A model generated the notes under the pieces. That model did not search any database. It saw only the letters and a list, made by a program, of their open reading frames with translations, and had not been told where the DNA came from. The position numbers and the translations under genes were made by a program. Positions 38,187 through 47,829 of a DNA stretch of 64,000 bases are shown here, piece after piece; position 1 is the first letter of the stretch; each line of letters starts with the position of its first letter. The stretch lies in contig CAZAWU010000002.1 of assembly GCA_964488915.1 (NCBI GenBank), positions 2,572-66,571 of the forward strand, given 5' to 3'. The stretch is from an uncultured Burkholderiales bacterium (lineage in GTDB: Bacteria > Pseudomonadota > Gammaproteobacteria > Burkholderiales > JALYOK01).

Positions 38187-38849
38187 TCAAGGAATTAAAG
38201 CGCGGATTCGCGTGAATACTTCGGCGAACATCGGTTCGGTCAAACGCCCGGTCTGCGTGTTGTAGCGGCTGCAATGATAGCTATCGACCAGCCAGCGCCG
38301 CTCATCCAAACTGTGACGTGCCCCGTGCGCAAAGGCAAACGCGCGCGCTCTTAGATTCATCGCCTGCAAGACGGCATCGTGAGCGATCTTGCCCAATGCC
38401 AGCACCACTACTACCTCGTTCGAATTCTCAAGTTCATGCTTCAAGTAATTGTTGCACGTTCGAATTTCCGTGGTCGTAGGTTTGTTTTCCGGCGGCACAC
38501 ACTTGACCGCGTTGGTAATGCGGCAATCGGTAAGCCGCAAGCGATCGCGCGCATGCGCCGACGTTGGCTGGCTGGCGAATCCAAACCGGTGCAGCGTTCG
38601 ATACAGCAGCAAGCCGGCATGATCGCCGGTGAACGGTCGTCCGGTGCGATTCGCCCCATGCATACCCGGGGCGAGCCCAACGATCAGCAGACGCGCTTGC
38701 GCATCGCCGAACGGTGCAACCGGGCGCGCATGGTAGTCCGGGTGCTCGGCACGCACCGCACCCAAGTATTCAGCCAAACGCGGACAGCGGCGGCAGTCTA
38801 AATTGAAGTCAGCGCTCGGCGCGCTAGACGGTTTTCGAGCAGAGGTCAT
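38187..38849 (-). CDS. uracil-DNA glycosylase, family 4/5 (Fe-S type)
   Basis: 220 aa. CRRCPRL Cys motif and active-site region GLAPGMHGANRTGRPFTGD. Confidence 0.85.
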   Translation of the reverse strand: MTSARKPSSAPSADFNLDCRRCPRLAEYLGAVRAEHPDYHARPVAPFGDAQARLLIVGLAPGMHGANRTGRPFTGDHAGLLLYRTLHRFGFASQPTSAHARDRLRLTDCRITNAVKCVPPENKPTTTEIRTCNNYLKHELENSNEVVVVLALGKIAHDAVLQAMNLRARAFAFAHGARHSLDERRWLVDSYHCSRYNTQTGRLTEPMFAEVFTRIRALIP

Positions 38850-38935
38850 GAAAGTGGCTCGCGGGCGCGCATTCTGAGGCAGGTCGGTGCGTCATGTAAA
38901 ATGGCGGTCTTTTTCGAAGGGCGAGAGCAGTTTTC

Positions 38936-39502
38936 ATGGCAAAGGTTAATGCAACGGAGATCCGCGCGGGCAACTTGCTCGAGTGGGACAAGCGCATCTG
39001 GCGCGTGCTGAAGTCGCACCACGTACACGTGGGCGGACGCGGCGGCGCGTACATGCAAGTGGAGATGAAAGATATCGAAGTCGGCACCAAGACCAACCAG
39101 CGCTTTCGCACCGACGAGAAAATCGAGCGCGCCTTTGTCGAACCGCGCGAGTTGCAGTATTTGTATCAAGACGGCGAAAACTACATCTTCATGGACAAAG
39201 AATCCTACGAGCAGTTGTCCTTGTCGGCGGAATTTCTCGAGGGTCAAACCGGCTTCTTGCTGCCCAACACCGACGTGCAGGTCAATTTTCATAACGAGCG
39301 CCCGATCGGTTTGGAATTACCGGCCTCCGTCGTGTTGACGGTGGTGGAGACGGAACCGGGCATCAGGAATGCCACCGCCACCACCACCTACAAACCGGCC
39401 AAAATGGACACCGGTATGATCGTACAAGTGCCGCCGTTCGTGAACGAAGGCGAAAAGATTCGCGTCAATACGGACACCGGCGAATACATCGAGCGCATGT
39501 AG
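38936..39502 (+). CDS. efp: elongation factor P
   Basis: 188 aa. EF-P three-domain pattern (YLYQDGENYIFMDKESYEQL, VVETEPGIRNATATTTYKPA, GEKIRVNTDTGEYIERM). The modification-loop tip reads HVGGRGGAY, with Arg at the tip. Confidence 0.9.
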   Translation: MAKVNATEIRAGNLLEWDKRIWRVLKSHHVHVGGRGGAYMQVEMKDIEVGTKTNQRFRTDEKIERAFVEPRELQYLYQDGENYIFMDKESYEQLSLSAEFLEGQTGFLLPNTDVQVNFHNERPIGLELPASVVLTVVETEPGIRNATATTTYKPAKMDTGMIVQVPPFVNEGEKIRVNTDTGEYIERM

Positions 39503-39654
39503 CCGCCCGCCGCACCGCCACTTTTACGAACCTTTTACAAACTCTTCACCAACACCTCACCACTCATTCACGCCGCCTGACTAGTCTTCGCACTGAGCCG
39601 CGACCCGCTTTGGGCGCGGCGGCTAAAGGACTAACAAGGACAAAGGAAACGGCG

Positions 39655-40992
39655 ATGAATCAACCCCAAGGCATCTCAAACATTTGCGCGCGCTTGTGCG
39701 CCGCGCTGCTCGCGTCGGCCGCGCTCGCGGCGCACGCGCAACCGGTCCAGTTGAACGTGGCGCTCGGTTCGCCGCTGGTGCTGGCTGGCGCCAAACAGAC
39801 GGCGGTCGTCAAAGTGGCGCTGACCGGCGCCGAAGCGCAATCCCAGGGCGAGCGCACGCCCGTCAATGTCGCGATCGTGCTCGACCGTTCCGGTTCGATG
39901 GCGGGCGAGAAAATCGTGCACGCCAAGCAAGCGGCCGCCATGGCGGTCGAGCGGCTCAACGCCAGCGACGTGGCCAGCGTCATCACTTACGATGATGTGG
40001 TGAAGGTGGTTGTGCCCGCCACCAAAGTTGCCGACAAAAGTGTGTTCCGCCGCGCCATCGCTCGCATCCAGCCGGGCGGCAGCACGGCGCTATTTGCCGG
40101 CGTCGCTAAAGGCGCCACCGAAGTCGAAAAATACTTGCAGCGCGAACGCGTGAACCGCGTCATTCTGCTTTCGGACGGTTTGGCCAACGTGGGGCCTAGC
40201 TCGCCGGAGGAGCTGGGCAGCCTAGGCGCCTCACTCGCCAAGCAAGGCATCAGCGTCACCACCATCGGCCTGGGCTTGGGCTACAACGAAGACTTGATGG
40301 CACGCCTGGCCGGCATGAGCGACGGCAGCCACGCCTTCGTCGAGCATCCGCAAGAGCTCGCCCGCATCTTCGACGCCGAGTTCGGTGACGTGCTCTCCGT
40401 GATCGCGCAAGAGGTCAAGATCAACATCCGCTGCGCCGACGGTATCAAGCCGCTGCGCGTGCTGGGCCGCGAAGCCGATATCGCCGGACAAAACGTGGTG
40501 TTGGGCATGAACCAGCTTTACGGCGCACAAGAGAAGTTCGTGCTACTGGAAGTGGAAGTGCCCGCGGGGCAGGCCGGCCAGCAGCGCGCCGTGGCGGAGG
40601 TCGACGTCGCCTACTTCAATACCGGCACGCGCCAGACCGAGCGTTTAGCGAACAAAGTCGCGCTAAGCTACAGCGAATCAGCAGACAAAGTAGCGCGTGC
40701 CACCGACAAGAAAGTCATGGCGGACACGGTGGAACAAGTCGCCAATACCATCAGCAAAGAAGCAGTAAAGCTCAAGGATGAAGGCAAGATCACCGAAGCG
40801 CGCAGCAAACTCGAGGAAGGTGCGAAATACTTGGAGCAAAATGCGCAGCAATACCAAGACCCGAAACTGGGCCGCTTGAGCAGCGAGTTCAAGAAGGATT
40901 CCGCGGAGCTGGACGACGAGAAGGAGTGGAATCGCAAACGCAAGAGCATGGTCAAGCGGCAGTACTCAACCGAGAAGCAACAGAAATTTTGA
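39655..40992 (+). CDS. secreted von Willebrand factor A (VWA) domain protein with a charged coiled-coil-like tail
   Basis: Start at ATG 39655 (signal peptide ...CAALLASAALAAHA). MIDAS motif VLDRSGSMAGEKI. C-terminal K/E-rich region. Confidence 0.8.
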   Translation: MNQPQGISNICARLCAALLASAALAAHAQPVQLNVALGSPLVLAGAKQTAVVKVALTGAEAQSQGERTPVNVAIVLDRSGSMAGEKIVHAKQAAAMAVERLNASDVASVITYDDVVKVVVPATKVADKSVFRRAIARIQPGGSTALFAGVAKGATEVEKYLQRERVNRVILLSDGLANVGPSSPEELGSLGASLAKQGISVTTIGLGLGYNEDLMARLAGMSDGSHAFVEHPQELARIFDAEFGDVLSVIAQEVKINIRCADGIKPLRVLGREADIAGQNVVLGMNQLYGAQEKFVLLEVEVPAGQAGQQRAVAEVDVAYFNTGTRQTERLANKVALSYSESADKVARATDKKVMADTVEQVANTISKEAVKLKDEGKITEARSKLEEGAKYLEQNAQQYQDPKLGRLSSEFKKDSAELDDEKEWNRKRKSMVKRQYSTEKQQKF

Positions 40993-41060
40993 CAGTAACC
41001 GAGACAGTCGCCGCCGCGTGAATAGCCGCGGCGGCGTTTTCGATCGGATGAGCGAAACGC

Positions 41061-42632
41061 TTGCGCCGTAAAGCCCTAATCGCCCTGCTTCTTATCGTCG
41101 TCCTGCCGGTCGCGGCGTTGGGCTGGCTGGGCTTGCGCCTGCAAAGCAGCGAACGCCAAGCGTTAGAGCATCGCGTGCAGACGCTGATCGATGCGCAACT
41201 GGTCGCCATCGACGATTCACTGAGCGCCTATTTCACCGCCCGCCGCGGCGAGTTGCTTGCGGAGATCGATGCGCTCGCCGACGGTACCGCAGCCCTGCGC
41301 AACTATGCACGCGAGCGGCCTCTGGTGCGGCAGGTCTTTATCATGGACGCGAAAGGCGAGCGCCTGCACCCACCGACCAACGCAGCGCTGACCGAAGCCG
41401 AGCGGCGCTTTCTCCAGCGCAGCGCCGACATCTGGCGCAATCGCGACATTCTCTACCAAAGCGTCGAGGCGCTGCCCCCGCAAGAACAGTCGAGCAACGG
41501 CGAGCCGAAGCGCAGCGACGGTTGGTACGTGTGGCATTGGGGCACAGAAACGGACCTCATCTTCTGGCGGCGCAGCGCACAGCGCCTGATCGGTATCGAA
41601 CTCGAACCGGCACGTGTGAAAGCCGACTTGATCGCCCTATTGCCGGCCAGCGGTAGCGCCGATGACAGGCTCGGGCAGGCGCGCGTGCAATTGATCGACG
41701 ATCGCGGCACCGTGGCTTACCAGTGGGGCGCGTATCAACCCAAGGCCGAAGCAAAAGCCTTGGCGCTGCGGCCGCTTAGCCACCCGCTCGGCAGTTGGAA
41801 GTTGGCCTACTACGCGCCGGCCGTTGCCGCCGGCGGCGGCGCGCGTGCTCTTACCCTCGGCAGCGCACTCGCCGCGCTGGCGCTGGCGCTCGGCGGGCTG
41901 GGTTGGTTCTTGTATCGTGAGCACACGCGCGCAGCGCGCTTGGCCGCGCAGCGCGTCAACTTCGTCAATCAGGTATCGCACGAACTGAAAACGCCGCTGA
42001 CGAATATTCGCATGTACGCCGAACTGCTGAACGAACACATCGAAGCCGCCGAGGAAAAACCGCGCCGCTACCTCGACATCATCGTCGCCGAGAGCCAACG
42101 CTTGTCGCGCCTAATCTTGAACGTACTTAGCTTCGGACGCATGCAGCGCGAGGTGCTGCGGCTGCATCGCCAACCGGGCTGCGTCGATGACGTAGTCGGC
42201 GCGACGCTGGAGGCATTTCGCCCGGCGTTGGAGACCAAGGCCATGGCGATCTCGTTCGCGCGCGGCGCACCCGCTACCGTCAGCCTCGACCGCGATGCGC
42301 TCGAGCAAATCCTCAACAATCTGTTCAGCAACGTCGAAAAGTACGCGGCCGGCGGCGCGCGCTTGGAAGTGACCACATCGCAAGATGCGCGGCGCAGCAC
42401 CGTGCGTGTGCGCGACTACGGTGCCGGCATTCCCAGACGCGAGCGCGAGCGCATCTTCGAACCCTTCTATCGCCTGAGCTCCAAACTCAGCGATGGCGTC
42501 ACCGGCACCGGTATCGGCTTGACTATCGCACGCGAACTGGCGCGCCAACACGGCGGCGATCTGCAGCTACTCGACAGCGAACCCGGCGCGCTCTTTGAAG
42601 TAAGTTTGGAGACAGCCGGAGGTCCGACATGA
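41061..42632 (+). CDS. two-TM sensor histidine kinase with a large periplasmic domain
   Basis: 523 aa, TTG start. H-box VSHELKTPLTNIRMYAELL and an HATPase_c domain (GTGIGLTIARELARQHGG). Confidence 0.88.
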   Translation: MRRKALIALLLIVVLPVAALGWLGLRLQSSERQALEHRVQTLIDAQLVAIDDSLSAYFTARRGELLAEIDALADGTAALRNYARERPLVRQVFIMDAKGERLHPPTNAALTEAERRFLQRSADIWRNRDILYQSVEALPPQEQSSNGEPKRSDGWYVWHWGTETDLIFWRRSAQRLIGIELEPARVKADLIALLPASGSADDRLGQARVQLIDDRGTVAYQWGAYQPKAEAKALALRPLSHPLGSWKLAYYAPAVAAGGGARALTLGSALAALALALGGLGWFLYREHTRAARLAAQRVNFVNQVSHELKTPLTNIRMYAELLNEHIEAAEEKPRRYLDIIVAESQRLSRLILNVLSFGRMQREVLRLHRQPGCVDDVVGATLEAFRPALETKAMAISFARGAPATVSLDRDALEQILNNLFSNVEKYAAGGARLEVTTSQDARRSTVRVRDYGAGIPRRERERIFEPFYRLSSKLSDGVTGTGIGLTIARELARQHGGDLQLLDSEPGALFEVSLETAGGPT

Positions 42633-43315
42633 AAGTGCTGGTCGCCGAAGACGATGCGCACATCCGTCGCGGGCTGCAAGATCTGCTCGAAGGCGAGGGT
42701 TACACCACCATCGCCGCGCCCGACGGCGACCAAGCGCTGGCGCTGTTCGGCAGCGAACGGCCCGACTTTGTGCTGCTCGACATCATGATGCCCAAGAGCG
42801 ACGGCTACCAAGTATGCCGCGAGATCCGGCGCGTGAACGCCGAGGTGCCAGTGATTTTCATCTCCGCCAAGTCGGAGGAGATCGACCGCGTGGTCGGCTT
42901 GGAACTCGGCGCGGACGATTTCATCATGAAACCATTCGGCACGCGCGAAGTTGTCGCGCGCATCCGCGCAGTCACGCGTCGCTGTCTGCGCCGCAGTGAG
43001 GAAACCGCTGCAGCGCAAGTCTTGCGCATGGGTGATTTGGAAGTGCTGCCGGCCGAACTGCGTGCGCGCCGGGGCGATCATGTTATTGAGCTGAGTCTGC
43101 GCGATGTGCGCATCCTGCAGCTGCTGCACCGCCAGCGCGGCAAAGTCGTCAGCCGCGAAGAGTTGTACAGCGAATGCTGGGGCCGCGCGCATTTTCCCAG
43201 CAGTCGCACGCTCGATCAGCACGTCTCAAAGCTGCGCAAAGCGATCGAGCTCGATGCGCGCAACCCTGCCATCGTTCTCACCGTGCACGGTATCGGCTAC
43301 CGCTACGACGGTTAG
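42629..43315 (+). CDS. OmpR-family response regulator
   Basis: 228 aa. Receiver domain (VLLDIMMPKSDG) plus winged-helix output (TVHGIGYRY). ATGA overlap with the kinase stop. Confidence 0.92.
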   Translation: MKVLVAEDDAHIRRGLQDLLEGEGYTTIAAPDGDQALALFGSERPDFVLLDIMMPKSDGYQVCREIRRVNAEVPVIFISAKSEEIDRVVGLELGADDFIMKPFGTREVVARIRAVTRRCLRRSEETAAAQVLRMGDLEVLPAELRARRGDHVIELSLRDVRILQLLHRQRGKVVSREELYSECWGRAHFPSSRTLDQHVSKLRKAIELDARNPAIVLTVHGIGYRYDG

Positions 43316-43418
43316 CCACGCACAAGTCCGGGCGCGCCCGCCTCGGCTTCGTCGTATCTCGGCGAGTCGCTGGGTTATACTCGTTCGAGCCCGCTTTCGC
43401 TTTACTACCACACTTGAC

Positions 43419-44441
43419 ATGAATCGCAACGACGCTCTGCTCGCGGATTGGCATGCGCGTGCCCAACGTCTCCAAGACGAGGTACGCCATGCGGTGATCG
43501 GTCAGGACCCCATCGTGAAACTGATCGCCACTGCCATATTCGCGCGCGGCCATGTGCTGCTCGAAGGCGATGTCGGCGTCGGCAAGACCACCATGCTGCG
43601 CGCGTTCGCGCGCGCCGTCGGCGGAGCGTTTGCGCGCGTAGAAGGCACGGTCGATCTGCTACCGAACGATCTGCTCTACTACACCTACATCGCCGCCGAC
43701 GGCAACCCGCGCGTCGATCCGGGTCCACTGCTGCAGCATGAAGACCGGTTATCAATCTTCTTTTTCAATGAGATCAATCGCGCGCGCCCGCAAGTGCACT
43801 CGCTGCTGTTGCGCGCAATGGCGGAGAAGACCGCGTACGCTTTCAGCCGCGAGTACAGCTTCCCGCATTTGACGGTGTTCGCCGACCGCAACCGCGTGGA
43901 GAAGGAGGAGACATTCGAAATCTCCTCCGCGGCGCGCGATCGCTTCATGTTCGAGTTGCAGGTGGAAACGCCGCGCGACGAGCCGACGCAGCGTGCGCTC
44001 ATGTTCGATCCGGTGTTCCATGATACCGAGCTGCTGCTCGAGCGCGTCGCCGCCGCGGTGCTGCCGTATGCCGAACTAAACGTCATCGGCGCGCTCATTC
44101 AAGAAGAGGTGCGTGCAAGCCCCGAGTTGGAGCGCTACGCGCTGCAACTTTGGCAGGCCACGCGTGCGCCGCAGGATTTCGGCGTGCGCATCGATGGGGT
44201 CAACATGGCGCTGTTGCTCGCAGCCGGTGCCAGCCCGCGCGGCATGAGCATGCTGCTACGTGCCGCACGCGTCACCGCCTGGCTCGACAATCGCACGTTC
44301 GTCACGCCGGAGGATATCCACGGCGTATTTGGCCCGGCGATAGTGCATCGCATCTTTCTGAGCCCGGTGTACGAATTGCGCCGCGCCGAGATCGCCCACG
44401 CGCTCGCAGCGCAGATTCTCGCCAAGATTGCCGCGCCTTAA
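43419..44441 (+). CDS. MoxR-family AAA+ ATPase
   Basis: Start at ATG 43419 (MNRNDALLADW...). Walker A LLEGDVGVGKTTM and Walker B region IFFFNEINRARPQV. About 340 aa. Confidence 0.9.
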   Translation: MNRNDALLADWHARAQRLQDEVRHAVIGQDPIVKLIATAIFARGHVLLEGDVGVGKTTMLRAFARAVGGAFARVEGTVDLLPNDLLYYTYIAADGNPRVDPGPLLQHEDRLSIFFFNEINRARPQVHSLLLRAMAEKTAYAFSREYSFPHLTVFADRNRVEKEETFEISSAARDRFMFELQVETPRDEPTQRALMFDPVFHDTELLLERVAAAVLPYAELNVIGALIQEEVRASPELERYALQLWQATRAPQDFGVRIDGVNMALLLAAGASPRGMSMLLRAARVTAWLDNRTFVTPEDIHGVFGPAIVHRIFLSPVYELRRAEIAHALAAQILAKIAAP

Positions 44442-44518
44442 CTTATACCGGCAGCAGGATTATCCAGTCTGTCAAAATACACAACATTCTTCATAGAATA
44501 GAACGTACAGTATTAACG

Positions 44519-45421
44519 ATGTCGGGACAGATCCATTACCGCATTGCCTGGCGCGCCCGCACTGCTTTCCCCGGTGCGCATGCAAGCACGCAAAGCGGCG
44601 GCGGGCAGGAATTCAGTCATCACGTGCCGCTCATCGACGCGCCCGATCCGCGCCGGCTCGACCTGCATGCTTCGCTCAAAGATGCGTTCGGCAGTTGGCT
44701 GGTGCGGCGCTTCCGCCAGCGCAGCGGCATCTCCGTTTATGTGCTGGCGGACCTATCGGCTTCGATGGGATTTCGCGGTCGCGCGCATAAACTCAACACC
44801 CTCGCCGACCTCACGCAAGCGCTCGCCTACTCCGCGCATCGCAGCGGCGACCGGTTCGGATTTTTCGGTTGTGGCGAAAGTTTGCGCGCAGAGTGGTTTT
44901 TGCCCGCAAGCCAACAAGCGGGCGCCGGCCTCGCGCTGGCTGAGCGGCTGCGACAGTACACCCCCACGGACACGCATGCGGACGGGTTGCTGGAGGGTTG
45001 CGCTCACATCGCGCGGCAGCGCTCGTTGGTATTCCTGGTGTCGGACTTTCACTTCGATCTGGCTCTGCTCGACGAATTGCTCGCCCGGTTGACACGGCAT
45101 CAAGTGATCCCGGTGGTACTGTGGGATCGCGCCGAGTTCGAAACACCGGCGCGCTGGGGCTTGGCGCGCCTGCGCGATGCGGAATCGCAGCGGACGCGCT
45201 TCGTCGTTCTGACACCGCGGTTTGCAGCCGATCTGTCGCGGCTGTTCGCGCAACGCCGTGCGCTGCTCGCCGCGCGCTTCATGCAGCAACAGACCAAACC
45301 GCTGTTCCTGTTCGACGGCTTCGATGCCGATCTCATTACCGCCTATTTCCACTCCGACGCTCCCGGCGACCCGGTCAGCGCTGACGACGATGGCCAAGCG
45401 ATTCCTGCTTACGCTCACTAG
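44519..45421 (+). CDS. DUF58-family protein (MxaS-like)
   Basis: Start at ATG 44519. VWA-like degenerate MIDAS VLADLSASMGF. Always found next to MoxR ATPases. About 300 aa. Confidence 0.8.
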   Translation: MSGQIHYRIAWRARTAFPGAHASTQSGGGQEFSHHVPLIDAPDPRRLDLHASLKDAFGSWLVRRFRQRSGISVYVLADLSASMGFRGRAHKLNTLADLTQALAYSAHRSGDRFGFFGCGESLRAEWFLPASQQAGAGLALAERLRQYTPTDTHADGLLEGCAHIARQRSLVFLVSDFHFDLALLDELLARLTRHQVIPVVLWDRAEFETPARWGLARLRDAESQRTRFVVLTPRFAADLSRLFAQRRALLAARFMQQQTKPLFLFDGFDADLITAYFHSDAPGDPVSADDDGQAIPAYAH

Positions 45422-46304
45422 CGCGCTGCTCGCGTGCTCGCTGCGCGGCGCGGCCGCGGCCCCGGTTGTGCAAGAACTCTCCAATACTGTCTCGCAGCAT
45501 TTCGGCTTACTGGTCGGCGACCGGTTCACACAGCAGGTGCGTGTCGCGGTGGCGGCGCCGCACGAGCTCGATCGCAATTCATTGCCAAAGAAGGGGCGCG
45601 CCAACCGCTGGCTCGAATTGCAACACGTCGAGCTCAGCCACACTGCTGCCGCCACGGCGCACGACTACCTACTGACGCTGAAGTACCAAGTGATCACGAG
45701 TGACGAGATCGTCAGTCTCGCCGCGCTGCCGCGCCCGGCCCTGCGCTTCAGCGCTGCCGGGATGGAATCGCTCGCACTGCGCCTGGGCGAACAGCACGTG
45801 AGCATCTCGCCCATCAGCGATACCGATGCTTGGGAGCGCGAGGGCTTGCAGGCGCTGCGCCCGGAGCATGGGACGCCGCTCATGGACGTGACCGCGACGA
45901 AACAGCGCATGGCGGGCTACGCCGCGGCATTGGCGCTGCTTGGATTGTTCTGGCTCTATCGCATCTACGGTGCGCCGTTTGTTGCCCGCAGCCGCGGCCC
46001 GTTCATGCGCGCCTGGCGCGCTTTGCGACGACAACAGGCCGGCGATGCCGCCGCGCTTCGCAGTGCGATGTTGCAACTGCATCGTGCCTTCGACGCTACT
46101 TTCGGCAAGAGCGTTTTACGCAGTGAAGTCGAGACTTTTCTTGTGCAGCACCCACGCTTCGCGGCGCAGCGCGACGCCATCGAGCGTTTCTTCGACGCCT
46201 CGCGCTACGCGTTTTACGGCGATGCCGGCGGCAGCGCAGCGACTCTGGCCGAGTTGCGTGAGTTCGCTCGGCGCTTGAGTTTGGTCGAGCGAGGATTGAC
46301 GTGA
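45390..46304 (+). CDS. signal-peptide plus single-TM protein of the MoxR/VWA cluster (position of MxaA / BatD-like)
   Basis: ATG 45390 (MAKRFLLTLTSALLACSL...). Internal TM GYAAALALLGLFWLYRIYG. Overlaps the DUF58 gene end by 32 nt. The assignment rests on position only. Confidence 0.55.
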   Translation: MAKRFLLTLTSALLACSLRGAAAAPVVQELSNTVSQHFGLLVGDRFTQQVRVAVAAPHELDRNSLPKKGRANRWLELQHVELSHTAAATAHDYLLTLKYQVITSDEIVSLAALPRPALRFSAAGMESLALRLGEQHVSISPISDTDAWEREGLQALRPEHGTPLMDVTATKQRMAGYAAALALLGLFWLYRIYGAPFVARSRGPFMRAWRALRRQQAGDAAALRSAMLQLHRAFDATFGKSVLRSEVETFLVQHPRFAAQRDAIERFFDASRYAFYGDAGGSAATLAELREFARRLSLVERGLT

Positions 46305-47272
46305 AGTTTGAGTATTCGTGGGCGCTCCTGTTGCTGCCGCTCGCGCTGCTAGCTCTGTTCGGCCGCAGCCGCAGCGCGCTCACCTATCCTTGGCTTGCGC
46401 TGACACCGCGGCACCGCGCTTCGACTCTGCTCGATTGGCTGCTGCGCGCGTTGCTCCTGCTGGCGCTGGCGGGGCTGGCGTTCGCGTTGGCACGGCCGTA
46501 CCAGCCGGAAGCGCGCGTCGAGCGCTACGGGCGCGGCGCGCAGATCGTGCTGCTGCTCGATCGCAGCCGCAGCATGGATCAAGGCTTCGGCCGCCGCGAA
46601 GGCGACGGTTCCGGCGAAAGCAAGGCGCGGGTGGCGCAGCGACTGCTGCTGCAATTCACCGCCAAACGCCGCGACGATCTGTTCGGCATGATGGCTTTCA
46701 GCGGTTTGCCGATCCCGGTGGCCGATTTCACGCAGCAGCCCGAGTTCGTGCGCGCCGCCATCGCGGCGACGACATTGGACAAAGGCTTGTCGGAAACAGA
46801 CATCGGCCGCGGTCTGCTCGCCGCACTGCACTATTTCGACGATCGCCCCTACACCGGCTCGCGCATCGTGCTGCTGGTTTCCGATGGCGGCGATCGCATT
46901 GACGTCGATCTACGCCAAGAGATCACGCGCCTGGCGCGCTTGCATCGAGTCGGACTCTATTGGATTTACATACGCTCCTTCTACAGCCCCGGGCTGAAAG
47001 ACGTTTCGGACGAGTACGCGCAGACCGTGCCAGAGATGTTTCTGCATCGCTTCTTCCAATCTCTCGGCGTGCCCTATCGCAACTACGAGGCCGAGGATCC
47101 GGAAGCGATGGCGCGCGCAATCGAAGACGTGAACCGCTTGGAGACGCTGCCGATCCGCTACCAAGCCGTGCTAGCGCGCCAAGACCTCGCGCATTGGGGT
47201 TATGCGGTGGCTTTTGTCGCACTGGCATTGGTCGCCGCCGCGCGCTTTGCCGAACGCACGCGCTGGGCATGA
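46301..47272 (+). CDS. membrane-anchored VWA domain protein (BatA/MxaC-like)
   Basis: 323 aa. N-terminal MKFEYSWALLLLPLALLALF (BatA-type N-terminus) and MIDAS LLLDRSRSMDQ. GTGA overlap with the upstream stop. Confidence 0.85.
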   Translation: MKFEYSWALLLLPLALLALFGRSRSALTYPWLALTPRHRASTLLDWLLRALLLLALAGLAFALARPYQPEARVERYGRGAQIVLLLDRSRSMDQGFGRREGDGSGESKARVAQRLLLQFTAKRRDDLFGMMAFSGLPIPVADFTQQPEFVRAAIAATTLDKGLSETDIGRGLLAALHYFDDRPYTGSRIVLLVSDGGDRIDVDLRQEITRLARLHRVGLYWIYIRSFYSPGLKDVSDEYAQTVPEMFLHRFFQSLGVPYRNYEAEDPEAMARAIEDVNRLETLPIRYQAVLARQDLAHWGYAVAFVALALVAAARFAERTRWA

Positions 47273-47829
47273 GCACGCGCACGTTGCCGCGCTCCGCACG
47301 GTGGAGTATCGCCGCCGCCTTACTGTTGTTGGCGTTGCTCGCGTTCGAGACGTGGCGCTTGCAGCAGCAGCAAGGCGTCAACGCGCGCGTTCTTGCAGAA
47401 AATCCGCAGACGCTCTCCGCGACCGATGCGCTGGAAGTGATTCATGCCGAAGCGCTGCGTCTAGGGCATGCCGGCAAAGCACGCGAGGCGCATGAATTGT
47501 ATGCGCGCGTGGCGATGCACGGCTCGCGCGAGTTGCGGCTGCGCGCGGAATACAACCACGCTAACTTGTTGTTGCGTGAAGCGCTGGCGCTGCGCGGCGA
47601 CAGTGAAACGGACGACGGACGTTCACTTCCCGTGCTGGAGCTGGCCAAGGAGTCGTACCGTAAGGTGCTGCGCGAAGCGCCGGAAATTTGGGACGCACGC
47701 TACAACTTGGAACGCGCTTTGCGCCTTGCGCCTGAGCCGCCCGAGGTGGAGGAAGGCGCCGGCCCGGCCCCGCGCCAGCGCGAGCGTGCCCCGACGACTA
47801 TGCGCGGGGAAACTTTGGGGTTGCCATGA
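47269..47829 (+). CDS. small TM / TPR-like protein (BatC/MxaK-like position)
   Basis: ATG 47269 (ATGA overlap). TM SIAAALLLLALLAF followed by a helical-repeat-like region ending ...WDARYNLERALRL. Confidence 0.55.
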   Translation: MSTRTLPRSARWSIAAALLLLALLAFETWRLQQQQGVNARVLAENPQTLSATDALEVIHAEALRLGHAGKAREAHELYARVAMHGSRELRLRAEYNHANLLLREALALRGDSETDDGRSLPVLELAKESYRKVLREAPEIWDARYNLERALRLAPEPPEVEEGAGPAPRQRERAPTTMRGETLGLP

